Assembly: GCF_964204645.1 (NCBI RefSeq)
Contig: NC_134030.1
Span: 5,064,778-5,128,777, forward strand
Reading direction: 5' to 3'
DNA from: Tubulanus polymorphus
Taxonomy: Eukaryota; Animalia; Nemertea
Length of the DNA stretch: 64,000 bases
This document shows positions 22,687-35,771 of this stretch, piece after piece. The notes under the pieces were generated by a model. That model saw nothing but the letters and a program-made list of their open reading frames with translations, ran no database searches and was not told the origin of the DNA. The first letter of the stretch is position 1. Each line of letters starts with the position of its first letter. The position numbers and the translations under genes were made by a program.

Positions 22687-25600
22687 TTGTGATTTTGAAC
22701 AAAATGATTTTAGTACTTACCCTGGTAGATAGTAGGATTACTTCCTTCAGATACATCATCAACAGAGGCCATCTGCAATCAACAAATACAAAATCAGAAT
22801 GCAATCACCATCACATCAGTCTTTGATGGTAATGAATGTTAGGGGCCTATGTAGTCAGAAATCCATGAAATCATTCTCTAGACAAAAGGTTTATCACATT
22901 TTTACAACTATCACTCCTCTCTTTTTGCTAGGCCTATGGCCTATGGCATACACATCTGTTGTTTAATCTGTATCCAATGATCTCATGGATTGATCAGAGG
23001 CAAGAAACTTCTCTAAACATAATAAACAAATAGATAACACGAGATACAACACCATGAACATTTTAGATAGGTTAATTGACCTTTTAGGTGATGAGGCAAA
23101 AGCTAGATTTTCTTCACCATTTAGGCACTTGCTCATTTTTGACTGATCAACAAAACAGCTGCCTCGATCACAAAAAAAACTAAAACTGTTTCAATCAAAC
23201 TATATCGACATTCTTGTAATTTCAGTCACTTATTTGAATGCCAATTATATTTCTTATGATATGTGGCTTTGAACCTAGAATCGGGGAAGAGAATAATGGG
23301 TGATTTAATATTTCCATATCTCGCGAGATAATAATCATTGTAAAACACTAGCTTAGTTTTATAGATACACAATGATCGAAACTCTAAAAGATGTATCCTA
23401 ATTTGTCATGTTTAGCGACGAGAAAGGCTGATAAGATGATTTAATTGACTTACCTAATGAGCAAAAATGAACTATCATCCAGTGAAGGCAGTGCAACAAC
23501 ACTGTATCACTCAGTATACACAGTGGGACTTCTTCGGTGCAAGTTTGTCAGAGATGCAGGCAGGATTGTGAGGCACCTGACGGGGACATTCAACCTCAGA
23601 CTACACACTGCTGAAAAACCTCGAGCTAAAAAACAGACCACAAAAAATGTGAAACCTTTACCAGATTTGTAGTGCACCTCGTTGAAAAGTGAAAACGCAG
23701 CGAAAATCTAATTCTAAGTCCAAGTCTTATACAGATTTTCAAAAAATTACTTTAAGCAACACGAATATTATCACTTCTTATCCGGTTCGGCTCGTCGTAG
23801 AAAACTGGCATGAATTCCGAATTAACGAAATCATTTAAGAATAGCGAGAAATATACTTTCATGGAAGACCGATTCACTTAAGAGGCAAACTCAATTTACA
23901 ACTTCTGGCAATAGCATCGATAAAAACTACATCACAATCTTCATTCATTCGATAACAGAAAGAAACAGTGTAAAATAGAGCGACCACCAGATATATTATG
24001 TTAATTAAATCGTTTCCTCAACGCGTGATGCCGCGTTCAAACTATTTATTTCGTTGTTGATCTATTGTGGGGCGATTTGTAAAACGCGAGAAACGGCTAT
24101 TAAATTTTGATACGAAGACGGAGCATCTCTCAGTCGGGAACAACGTCTTTGAATTCTCGCCGCGACGCTATTGCGGTCGGACGCTGTCATTCATGTCTAC
24201 GGGGATGGGGAATGCGATAATTAAAGATTTCGCGCCGAAATCTGAAGAATCTTACTATTATATAACAAATACGTTATAATGGCTGAATAACAGTGGATTC
24301 TATAGATGACTTGTTTGCTTGTTGAGTAATGCCTGGCAGTTGATAAAACTGTTTCTTCTATGGAGAATCGTGGATGAAATTGAAACTTCTGAAAGAGGTT
24401 TTAACCGAAAACAAGAATCAATCTTTTTCCCAAGATGTGTCTCAGATCTATTACCAACTCTGGTTGCAATAAGGGGGATTATTTCTGAAGGCCTAGCAGC
24501 CCAAAGAGAAACTAGATTTTGTGCAAATTTCTTCAAGTATTCGTATTTAGTCTCCATTAACCAGGACATGACTATATATTCCTTTGAGTTCGAAAATTCT
24601 AAAATCAGCATCTGTTGACTGGATTTTTTAATATACGCAAAAAACCAGTAAAATTCCTGGACCCCACTAAAAAAACGTCTCATTGTAACAAAATCTATGT
24701 TAACAGTCCTTTGAAAATATTTCCCAGTTTGTGGATGCATTGTGGAAATCGCCGATTGAATGGGACTTAACCGAGTTACAAATTTGTAAAAGCATTTTGA
24801 TGTACATGATACAGTCAATGAAGAATAGCTGGTTAAACATGCTTAAAATAACACATCAGGGTCTGATGACTGGATAACCCTCAAAGTGCAATCTACCTCA
24901 CTGGGATATTATATAACTATTTTTGAATTGTTGTTAAATAAGAAAACCAGTTTGTCCGATTTGGAATAATCAGACTGAATTATTCCAAGGTCCCAGTTAG
25001 ACAAAGTTTGCAAATATACATCTCAATATACCACAGGGGTTTGTACGTATGTGAAGTTTTTGGGGTGAACTGTAGCTTAGATCAGCCAGTATCCCTGGTA
25101 CTTCTGGGATAGCCTATAGGTACTGGAGGATCTATAAGCTTCATTTCACCTCCAAACTTCAAACACGAGCCCCTGTGCAATATACAAATCAAAGGTGGGA
25201 GTTCAACACCTTCTCCTTGAAACAAGTCCTACAGTTCCAGTTATGAGTTTAATTATTCTCCCATTGAAATTAATTCTTTTATTATCAATTAACAGTTAAA
25301 AATACAATGACAGGCCCTATAATTTGAATCTATTAATTTAACAATGAGCTAAAGCCCTTGGCCTTAAATTAATTCATTGACTATTTAGCCAGGCCCGAGT
25401 GCACTGCTGATTCATAGCTAATCAATTAAATTTTAAAAAGATTTAGGTGTCAACTGGCTCTGTTAGAGTGTTAGCAGGTTAGGGTTGAAGTTTTATCACT
25501 TCTAACTAGTTTTACTTTTGAGTTTTGCTACCGGTGAAGGCGAAAAGGAGCTTAATCAAAACTCGTGTATTAGAAGTCATTCATTAAATGAGTTTGTGAT

Positions 25601-25802
25601 TGACAACCAGCCTTACCATGATTGTTTTTTTCACAGCCAGTCACACCCAGCGGAGCAGCTTGTCGGATCGAAAAGACACACACGTGTCAATGGCTGTTTT
25701 TGTATTCAGGGATATAATTACATATTGGACGGCTGCTCCTCCATAGAACCTAGAGGCCTATTGTATAGACTGGTTGCCTATCCCATTGATATCTGAGATC
25801 GG

Positions 25803-25873
25803 TAACCAGTCTAATCTATTGTAATAATTTTGATAATTATTATCAAAATTATTACAATAGATTAGACTGGTTA
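25803..25873. repeat. Perfect palindrome, 35-bp arms with a 1-nt spacer
   Basis: taaccagtctaatctattgtaataattttgataat-t-attatcaaaattattacaatagattagactggtta. Confidence 0.95.
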
Positions 25874-26296
25874 ATATTATTATTAAATAATAATATTCAT
25901 ATATATACGAAAATCCACTGTAAGATGTAGTACAAGCATATACAAAATATTGTAAAATGAGACGCTGGATGAGTGGTGGAGTAAAAGATAAAATACTTGG
26001 CTTGCCACAACACTATTTTCAATACAGCTAGATAGAGGCTCAGCTCGAAGTTCAAAATCCTTAATCGATTTGAAATATTAAATTTGTTGAGAAACCTGTG
26101 CCTTGAACAACATTCCTTCAGCTCGAACAAAATCAAATACAAGTCCTTCATTACTAATCAGCCTTTTATTCTCCATTTATCAGTTACAACAAATCACAAA
26201 CATTACATTCATTTTAGTAACGACCTGCACATTTAACAAACGCTAAGATTTACAAAGTCTCTGGCAGTTATAGAGAAAACTAGTCTCCGGGATAAT

Positions 26297-28841
26297 CTAA
26301 GCACCTGCCAGGGCTGGTGTCGTCCCAGAATCTGGCACATCTTTCACAACGACATCGGCTTCTTTAACTGCAGCCTCCTCGTCATCGTCCGGTAAGATTT
26401 CGGGTAATTGCGGTTTACGGAACGTGTTACGAACATTGTCTCTAGGCGGCATCCATTCCGGTATGATTTTACCGTGAATTCTCCACACGCCGTATTCATC
26501 GGATAAATGTTTCTCAAACACGACGTACTCGAGAACGTCGCGTACGGCGCTCTCACTTCCGAACATCAGGCGTCCGAATCGGTCATAAATCGCTAAAGTC
26601 TACAATGACAAAAAAGATGAAATCATGAATATGAGTTCACTGGTGACACGGATACTTTCATAACACAGTCAACCCCTCATATATCATCATCCCAGGTTTT
26701 GTATTTTGTCCTGTTAATTGTTTCTTGGAAGTAGCCAAAATCAGGGTTGCAACTGTCATTTAACTTGCTTCTCCCCCCTGAATATTCCCTGAAATGCACT
26801 TTGTTTTCCCTGACTTGATCTGCTAAGAATCCAATCAATTAACAGTCAAATAAGAAAGACACTGACGGAAACTATCAATTTTTCGTGCGATCCCCTGACT
26901 TTAGGCTTTTTTACAAAATTCCCTACTCACTGAATTTCCAGGTAAGTGGTCTCCCTGTTTTATAAAACAGTCAACCCCAGATAAACTGCCCCTAAAAACC
27001 CCTGATCTACAACCAAAATCTTATATAACTGTGTCTGATGTGGATGGTATATCGAAGGTTGACTGTAAAGAAAACGAGAATTCTAAATTACCTGTCTGGT
27101 ATGCAATCTAACTGTCACCTGCGCGAACAAATTCTCCTTACTCATCACATCCTGAGTGTTTGCTTGTACAACTCGAGGTGGTTCAACTGTATCAATAAAT
27201 TTCCAACGCATCGTTTTCAAATCGAGTTTTTCTGTCATCTCCTAAAAACATATAAAAAATCAGTATAAATAGTATTCTATTCTGTCTCCAAAATCCACAA
27301 AATTCAGGCATTGCACACCACACTTACCGGATAAGCTTTCTCCGTGACAAGATCATGCAGTTCAAACTCATTGTTCTTGTAACTGGAATCAAAATGAATC
27401 CATGCAAGAATGATAGAATTCAGGGGCCAGTTTCTCATAAGTTGGTAAAAGTTGACCAGTAGATCACTCACATAGCAACAATTAAGATTGATATTGTGAT
27501 ACTCTTCAACCAACTTTTGAACCAACTGACCAGAAAATTGTAATATTCTCTTCGAGTTGATAAAGCTTTTTACAAAACATGGAATGCATCTGCTTGGACT
27601 GACACACTACTTACTCTTGAAGAAGTTCGTGCACTTTTCGAAAACTTTCCTGCGCAAATTCAGCGAAGTCTCGAGAATTGAAGTCATCGTCATACTGCTT
27701 GATTTTTCTGATTGCCAGTATGGATTTACCTTTCTTCTCGACTTGTGTGTAACGTTGTTTGACGCCCTGAAGAAAATTAAACATCATTGATAATTTTAGA
27801 CATTGAATACATTAATCCATAGTTGAGAGTTTGAATTGCGATGATTAACTGGTACTGACCGGTACAGATATGAGAGACTGTCGGCCATCACCTTCCGGAG
27901 GAGCGTACGGCTTATTTATTTCATCTAGAAAATATTCCATGAAATGTAATAAGACATCGAAAAAAATGTCACATTCGCAGAACAGATTTCAATGAAAATT
28001 CTTCAGCTGAAGTCAGATATAAGTACTTTGCAAACTGATATTATTGGATCATTTAAGTAAACTACATGGTCACAACAGAGATCGAATTGTTATATAATTT
28101 TTTGACAATACCAATCGAATATAGTTATTGTAAGCAGTCTTATAGTATTAGGAAATTTAATACACATTAATCTTTGGCGAACATAATTTTGCTCTCGATG
28201 TGGTCAAGCCCTAAGGAAGGATTCAAATAAAGGGTTAGGATATGGTGAGGTTCTGCACTATTTTCGACTTATATGTGACTTAGGCCAATGCTTCATATAA
28301 CAGCAACGTACTGGAGCAACTGATATTAATCGGACGTTCTTGGAAAGTGCGAGGAGGTAAAATTCCCTTCTTTTTCATCTCGGAACGTTGTTCTTCCATC
28401 GACATGTTTCGTTGTTTTCGTTGATCATCCGTATTCGGTAAATTCATCTTGAACACTTTGGCTCGGCGCTCCCTTCTCCATTTTATGTTCAATTTACGGT
28501 TGTGCTTTTCACGAATCTGTTGCTGTTGCACCAGAGCAGGAACGACGACTACAGTTTGACCTGGTACAATCAATCGGTTAGTGGAACGCAATGAGAACTG
28601 AAAATGAAATCGAGTATAACATATTGCCGTGATTGTGTGGTGGCAGGACCTTTAAATGGAAATTGTCTTTTTTGTAACTTAACAAGATTTTTGTCCGATT
28701 CATATTTCTAAAAAAAGAATCCCAAATCGATAATTGAGAAATATCTATTCATGATTCACGCAAGATATCAATCAGTAGTGAAATATTTACCTGAAATTTT
28801 GATAAAAACGACGCCGCCGGTCGAAACATAGAGGCTGCCAT
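26297..28841 (-). CDS. MRPL45: Mitochondrial ribosomal protein L45 (mL45, Tim44-like domain), 353 aa, 7 exons
   Basis: Exons 28841-28791, 28597-28312, 27924-27860, 27766-27615, 27382-27328, 27241-27092, 26599-26297 (1062 nt, in frame). Motifs [83 protein letters not shown]; basic N-terminal presequence. Confidence 0.95.
26666..27065. mobile_element. Tc1/mariner-type MITE (CAGTCAACC...GGTTGACTG) with a family-B MITE (26742-26957) nested inside
   Basis: cagtcaacccctcatatatcatc ... gatggtatatcgaaggttgactg|TA, in the last MRPL45 intron. Confidence 0.6.
27424..27530. mobile_element. Degenerate MITE, family A
   Basis: CAG|gggccagtttctcataagttgg ... ccaacttttgaaccaactgac|CAG. Confidence 0.65.
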
Positions 28842-29114
28842 CTTAGTTGTGTATAAATGCCGGTATTTGGACTTCAAGTCAATTTACGATTTGTAGTGTT
28901 TCCAGAGTGGTTCAAATATCAACCGTCCAGTGCTGCCCCTATATACAACACTAGCGGCGAATGTGTTAACTAAGTCACCACTCGCGTGCCGGTGTCTCTA
29001 CTGACTGTGGCATGCGAGTACATTCGGTTACCGCAAGCCAGTGGAGCAACTTTCTACTTCCGTTTTTCAGAATTTTACCATTTTTCACGATAATTCTCCC
29101 CTAAAAGCAGCGCG
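28842..29114. promoter_or_regulatory. Bidirectional promoter shared by MRPL45 and MRPL37
   Basis: Only 273 bp between divergent ATGs; YY1-like AAGATGGC at the MRPL45 start; ETS/GABP-like acttccg near 29056; GC/CpG-richer than the flanks. Confidence 0.8.
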
Positions 29115-32100
29115 ATGAGGTTAACACAGACACTGTATCGGACTAGTATGAGATATATGATTAAAAGAGCTTGGAAATTCAGAGGTGTTCCAGCAATGCC
29201 GAATGTGGTACAACATAAATTTCTTCGCGAAGAAGGTAAAAAATTAAAAAATGTACAACCATTTATTGAACCAACCAACCAACCAACAACCAAAAATCCA
29301 GCATTACAGTTTTTATAACAGTTTTAATAGTTTTATAACAGCATAACAAGTTTTATTTTTATCTCATCTGTCTTTAAACTATAACTACTTAAACTTTCAA
29401 TTTTAACTAGAAATCCATAATTTGAGGAAAAATGGGCGTTTGTGAATTCATATTTTTTGCATCACAGGTATTGAAGTTGAAAACACTATGGCTGAAAAAG
29501 AACCTCTGAAGTGGAATCCACCTGTTCCAGATGACCCAAGTATTCGATGGTTGTATGTATCAATTAAACCATTGTGTCCCCAGTACCGATACTATGTCCA
29601 ATTCATATCATTAATTGTCATGTTTTCCTTTTTTCCAAGTTTTCCAAAAAAGAAAGAAGATGCAAAGAATTGGCAAGAAAATCCTCTACATGTTTTCAAT
29701 AGCGGGACAAAACTTACTGAAGGTACACTATCTATAAGGCTAAAAAAAATTGATAGCTCGTTTCTCCGCTCTGCTGAGCTTAAATGTTGACCCGGCCGGT
29801 CGCCTATCTTCCCTATACATTACTTTTTTAAAAATCGTGATCAATTTTACCATAACAGACCCGGCAGTTATAGGAATGAACTGTTTTTAAATTTTATCAT
29901 ATTTTACAAAAATGACCCGGCCGCTGCGGAGAAACAAGGTATCATTTTTGTTTAGCCTAATCAATGAGATTGTTTTAACGCGGTCAACTGGGCTGAGTAT
30001 ACTGTCCTTGTATTAAGGAGAATTAGATTTATAGATTATTACCTTCATTTTTAGCGCTCGATCAAATCAGAGTTTTAACGAAAAGCCAAATTATAGATGG
30101 CATCCCGAAGAATATAGAATCATTAATGGATGCCGAAAGTATGCCAGATGAGGTAATTTCATCACCATGTCATTGAACCTAATAACAAAGTTAGAATTTA
30201 AAATTACAATTGTTTGCAATGAAGGAAATCTTTTTATGTCCAGAATTTGTTGGTTCAGCGACTGATTATGCAAGCTCACGTGTGGGACACGACATACGAA
30301 CAACTTCCAAGACGATTTAACCCTCGTGTGCCCAGGTGGCATTTCAAATCGGAAAAAGGCATCCCTTTCGATAAAATACCGTAAGCAATCATGAAAGTAG
30401 AACAATTCTGACAAAATGTTCTTTCTTCAATTAATGAATCATATTAAACCTTTCAATGCTGACTAATACCTGAGTGCTGGAGATAATTTGAAAGATTCCA
30501 CCTCAGTGTGTGAAATAATGGACACATCGCTGTAGTACCTAGTACCGTGGCGCAGTGTGTTGTTAGTTGCTAATATTTTGCTATGTTTAACTGGTGCTGT
30601 CATCTTTCAAACGAGATAACAAACAATAATATCAATATAGGACGATGCGGTGTACTAGCAAAGTCCATCACCAATTTATACACCACACTGGTTTAGATGC
30701 ACTGAAAGTGTTATAGACTGTTGTATAGATTTTGTAATGTCTATGAAATAGGGCATATGAAAGCCTGTGTTATTTCCTGTCTCTAGGAAACTTTTATTGA
30801 GGAATTTGGTACAGTTATGTTCGTCGCTGAGCCACAAATATCCAGAGATTCTTATGGATAGAACGTTAACAAGAGACCACTACACCAATTCACTACTGAC
30901 AATGGCTGGTAAGACATTTCATTACAATCATGGGTCAGTTGCTGAAAACTTGGCTAGACTTAACTTGTGTCAGAAGAATGGAAAACAACATTTGAGTGAA
31001 ATCATTGAAAATCAACTAATCCTAAGCTTTAAATGTGTGTCAGTTGTTGGAAAAGTTGTTATGAATTTTTTTCAGGCAAGCCTGTTATGGTAAACGAAAC
31101 GTTGCCATTTCTATTGTCGTCTTCGAAAGATCTTCCTATTTTTGCTGATCAAGAGACAGTAGATGCTACAGTGAATGTAAATCTACCCGATCTAGATCCG
31201 CTGTCGCCGTTGTTGGATGTATTGAAGACTCACACGTACGATCCTATTGAGAGTACAGGTTGGTGGTTCACAAAACTAAAACATAGAATTTTAAACGTTT
31301 TACACAAAATACAGTAAATCTTGCGAAACTTAGACAAGCTGGGACCGCAAGATAGGTCCAAGTTAAGAAAAAGTCTGAGTTGAGAATTGGAGAATACATT
31401 AGGAAGTCAGAAACTGATTTAGTTTTTACCCAAGCTAGTCAAAACTCTTGAGTTGGCCATTTCTGAGTTGGGCAAGGTTTACTGTAATAAGATGCTCAGT
31501 CCTGTGCAAATAGAAAAAAGACAAATTTTATACAGGTTGCCACAAAGATCATGATTGAATTCATTTATCTATATAGGTTGGAAATTAGCGTCTGCTCTGA
31601 ATATCCCTCACACACTGTTCACTACCTACACTGATTATATGACCCAAGAGAAGTGGTTGAGTACAGACTTCTGGACCTCAGAACAACACGTTGCCCAAGC
31701 TGTAATGTTTGCTTTCGGTAGAGCTGTGGCTAGAGCTAAAGCAAAATACGGGGTAACACTCCTTGATTATACTTCCTGTATATGAAATGCCATACTTGAT
31801 TAGACAAGATTCATCTCTATTATGATAAGGATCGATAAAGATAATACAACTTCAGCCAATCTTATCAGATGTTTTGTTTAACAGGGTCCACGATTTATAC
31901 TAATTTGTGTATTTTGTTTTTCGTTTCTCGCTAGGCAAATGTTACTAACCTACCCGAACCGGTGACCGTACAGGGCATCAAAACCGATGGCGAAAAATTC
32001 CATTTCGTTTGTTTCCAGTTGAACACTCTGAATATAAACTCGAATGATGGAATAAAAAACCTGGTATGGATCGACAAAGACAATTATCTGTTTCATAAGA

Positions 32101-32210
32101 TACTACCTCGACGCGCTATGTTACGCAATACCATCTATGAGGATTTTGATCCGAGTGTTTTCCGAAAATTTTTAGCTTTCTTTTTGAATGGATTACATAT
32201 AGAGCAATGA
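29115..32210 (+). CDS. MRPL37: Mitochondrial ribosomal protein L37 (mL37), about 426 aa, 9 exons
   Basis: Exons 29115-29235, 29468-29552, 29640-29722, 30055-30152, 30244-30380, 30787-30908, 31076-31258, 31577-31752, 31935-32210 (1281 nt, in frame). C-terminal AVMFAFGRAVARAKAKYG..LPEPVTVQGIKTDGEKFHFVCFQLNTL....GIKNLVWID..FDPSVFRKFLAFFLNG is typical of mL37. Confidence 0.92.
29754..29941. mobile_element. Small inverted-repeat element in an MRPL37 intron
   Basis: tagctcgtttctccgc ... gcggagaaacaaggta; internal gacccggc repeats. Confidence 0.5.
30448..30710. mobile_element. piggyBac-like MITE (TTAA-CCCTTTCAGTGC ends); partial second copy from about 45219
   Basis: ttaa|acctttcaatgc ... gcactgaaagtg|ttat; 30640-30715 is the reverse complement of 45215-45285. 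Confidence 0.55.
31312..31484. mobile_element. Tc1/mariner-type MITE with TA TSD
   Basis: TA|cagtaaatcttgcgaaacttaga ... tctgagttgggcaaggtttactg|TA. Confidence 0.7.
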
Positions 32211-32940
32211 ACTCCGGAATTAATTTGAAACTTATGTGTATTTGTGTTTATTAGATCATGGACTGTAAACTAGAAATAAAAACTTTTTATTGTAGCCTCT
32301 TTGCTTCTTAATTATGAGGAGTTTTGCATTTCAAAGCTGTTGATTTTTAAACAATTTTTGGTATTTTTTATGATCTTATCGACCCGGTCTTCGAACCCGA
32401 CCAAATTCGGGCTTGGTTTTACAATTTACCATCTTGTGCTGCCCCCTAAATTGGCTCATGTATCGTGAAAATTGATGATCAACAATTTATTTCTTTACAA
32501 CACCTTTTACCTCGTTAAGTCATGATAACAATTCAATAAAGACACAGATTTGAAATTGATAAGAATTTACACCCTAGAAAATATATGGAATTGCTTATGA
32601 ATAGCTTTAAGTTCATTAAATCATATATTGACGATAAAATCGTTGCCACAACTCGCGGAAGCGCCAGGTTTGGAAGAATTAAAAGACCAAATTCTTTTGA
32701 ATATTCGCCAATTAACGAGTAATAATCAGGATTCTGCATTTATTTCACCGATTAGGTTAGTACTTGTCTATGGGTTTAAGAATATAGCCAGAATATATTG
32801 ATTTAGCATGAATTAATACCGTGATTCAACCTTAAAAATGCAATCGGTTCATCTTCCTCCTCGCTTGCCAGGGCACGTCGGTTTGGTACATATGAGACGC
32901 TAGTTTTCTATTTTTGTAGTGTTTCATGTGAATTTTCATC

Positions 32941-33456
32941 ATGCCAGCAGATAAGATTCAGTATTCTGATAAATACTTTGATGAACATTATGAATACAGG
33001 TATTTAAAAGTATATTATGATATATGATGTGTTTTTTCACTTTGAAGTCAGTTGTCTTACTTCTTGAAGATGGTAAGTTTAAAGAATATTTATGTTTGGT
33101 TAATAAAATATTTTTCCAAAAGGCACGTGATATTACCTCCGGATCTTGTGAGGCTTGTACCGAAAGATCGTCTAATGACTGAAACAGAATGGAGAAATCT
33201 GTCAGTGCAGCAGTCTCCTGGCTGGATACATTATATGATTCATGAACCAGGTCAGTTGTTGGTGTTATACGAAGGGTTTAGTTAGAAACTGAGCCCTGAT
33301 CTGAGCTGTTTGATTTATTTATTTATGCTTACATGTTTTGGAATTTTCAATTTTTCAGAGCCACATATTCTATTGTTTAGGCGAGCATTACCCGAAAAAC
33401 AACAAACTGTTCAGCAAATATCAAATCATCAGATAGAAGTTCCGAGTCTCGGCTAA
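32941..33456 (+). CDS. CKS1: Cyclin-dependent kinases regulatory subunit (CKS1/2), 94 aa, 3 exons
   Basis: Exons 32941-32999, 33123-33250, 33359-33456: [78 protein letters not shown]... Confidence 0.97.
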
Positions 33457-35606
33457 ATTTCATGGTCTACCGTCTGATTTCTGTCTCGAATTTATCAGTT
33501 TTTTTTTTTTGTTGAAAATCTCCCCTAGATGTGTGCAATAATTTTGTTCTACAATTTGTCCTGGAGTCTTCGGAAAAAATTTCAGATTTAACAGGATTGG
33601 TGGATAGCTTTGAATGCATTGATTTTAATAACTCCATTCATTCTATTATTTTCCGTTAGTTTTAATGTCTGATTTCGTTGGTTTTTTGTGGTGGATCATT
33701 TTAAACTTGAGGTAATAATTTGATGTCATATATAGTTGCAAAGTTCTGTTAATGCTTAATTTGTGCTAGTGGTTTGTATTTTAGTTATCAATTATGTTTG
33801 TGTTTAGTATGGTTTATTTATTGAATACATAATTAGATGTAATAAGAAAACGATATTCATTTACTTGCATTGTTTTAATCTAATTGGCATTGAAATTAAA
33901 TTTTTTGACTGCTTGTAAAATGGTTTGAATAATTTTTTTGATCAGTTTCTTTCTTTAAACGGTCTGTATACTGTATGTTTGTCTAATGCAGTGAATTAAT
34001 CGATGCAATAAAATATTTCTTTTTTGTGTAGAAAACATATTTTGTGATTCGTGCTTTGAGGAGATTCACCATTGTTATTGAGGATAAATTGCATGGTATC
34101 CAATTAGATGGATGAAACATGAGGAATTCATTGACACCCTCCGTTCTGTCACACTATTCTGCATCACTCACCTTCTTTCTCGTCACATACTCTCTATCCA
34201 GCACATGGTTTGCAGTGATAAGGCTTGAGCACTTGTCTGCACTTCCATTGCGGAAAAAGTAGCACTTCTTCTTAAGTGAATTGGGCCTATAATAGACATA
34301 AACTGCTCATCGTGATTCTTGTCAATCTATCACAATACCGTTGCCTTCATGGACCATTTTGGACTCTTGTAAGAAATTAAACGGAGAAATAAAACTGAGG
34401 AAGCAGAGACAGAATTAATGCATCAAAACTGTACATCTTTATTTATAATTACAATCTACACACAACTCGTACAACAATTACTCAATTCGAGGATGATCAG
34501 CGTCGATTTATCTATACACAATATATACAAATGAGAAAAGAAATGCAAGCACGATATATGACATATCACAGTGGGCGGTCACTCATTCTTCTAGCACCTA
34601 ATCGGATAAGTTTATAAACTCATCACTATGCCATTAGAACAATGAACCCTGCTTTAGCACGATATTGTATCTTTTTATACTGCACTTTTTATGGATTTTT
34701 ATAAATTTTTTTTTCGTTGGCTCTTCGTTAAACAATATTAGCTTCGCCTGGTCCTAGAAATATATACAAACACATCTTAAAATGCAAGTCCACTCTTCTT
34801 TGAAGCAAAAATATCAAAAATAGAAGACAACATCGTTGCCTCGCCGATTAGTTTATACCGATTGTAAATGCGTATATTCGGGTGTTACAGCTTAAAATTG
34901 TGAAAAATTTAAAATACATATTTGAATGTTTCCAAAATACATCCATATACGTACAAATGCAGAAATCTCTGAAATTTCAATCAAAGACAGGCACTGAAAC
35001 TTAGTCGTCCATTATTCGATATTTAGCTCATTAAAAGTTCAAACAAGAAAACACAAAATCTCACAAAAGCGAATGAGTGCCAATTCTACTCTCTCTGCGA
35101 TATCACAACTCGTAATTTGCTCTAGAATATCTGCTGCCTCTATCAGTAAAATCATTAAAATATCGCTTACTCTTACTTCGCGAGTAGTTCGTTTACAAAA
35201 TATGTTAACACAGCACCCCTATCATTGACCTATAAATGGGAAGATCCATAGGAATTCTCTTTCTCGTTTAGAGGTCAATTGATATTTGTTAAACCGGTAA
35301 ATGGAATATCATTTTTACAATATGTCAAATATAATTTGCATTCAGTTTATCACTCGTTTCTTGTGTTATATTTCATATAAATCGTCGATCGTACAAACCC
35401 CGAAGAGTGGCGATCGGTGATTCCGAAATAAAGTAGGCGCGCGAAATAATTGCTGCGGATAAAACTGAAATAATTGCGGATAAAACTGAATTGTTCAACT
35501 TGCTATAAAAAAACGCCAGTCTTCGAGTTTTGTTCCAAGTGGTGTCGTATATATACAGGAGAAAGTGAAAATATAATGAGTACATAAGTTTGTCTTCAAC
35601 TATTAA

Positions 35607-35771
35607 GGGATCATTCATTTATTACGTATGCATAAAATTTGAGTTTTTCAACCCCCCCTCCCCCTCTGTACGCAAAATCGGCCATTTTATCATATACATT
35701 AAGCATTACAGTACGCAATTGCACTGACACCTCCCCCTCCACTAATGCGTATGTAATAAATGAATGACCCC
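35607..35771. mobile_element. PIF/Harbinger (Tourist-like) MITE with TAA TSD
   Basis: TAA|gggatcattcatttattacgtatgca ... tgcgtatgtaataaatgaatgacccc|TAA; internal C-tracts. Confidence 0.85.

Noticed and set aside
24300-24818. 172-aa ORF (-) and overlapping 99-aa ORF (+)
   Set aside because: No recognisable domain, non-ATG start in the track, and no supporting exon structure.
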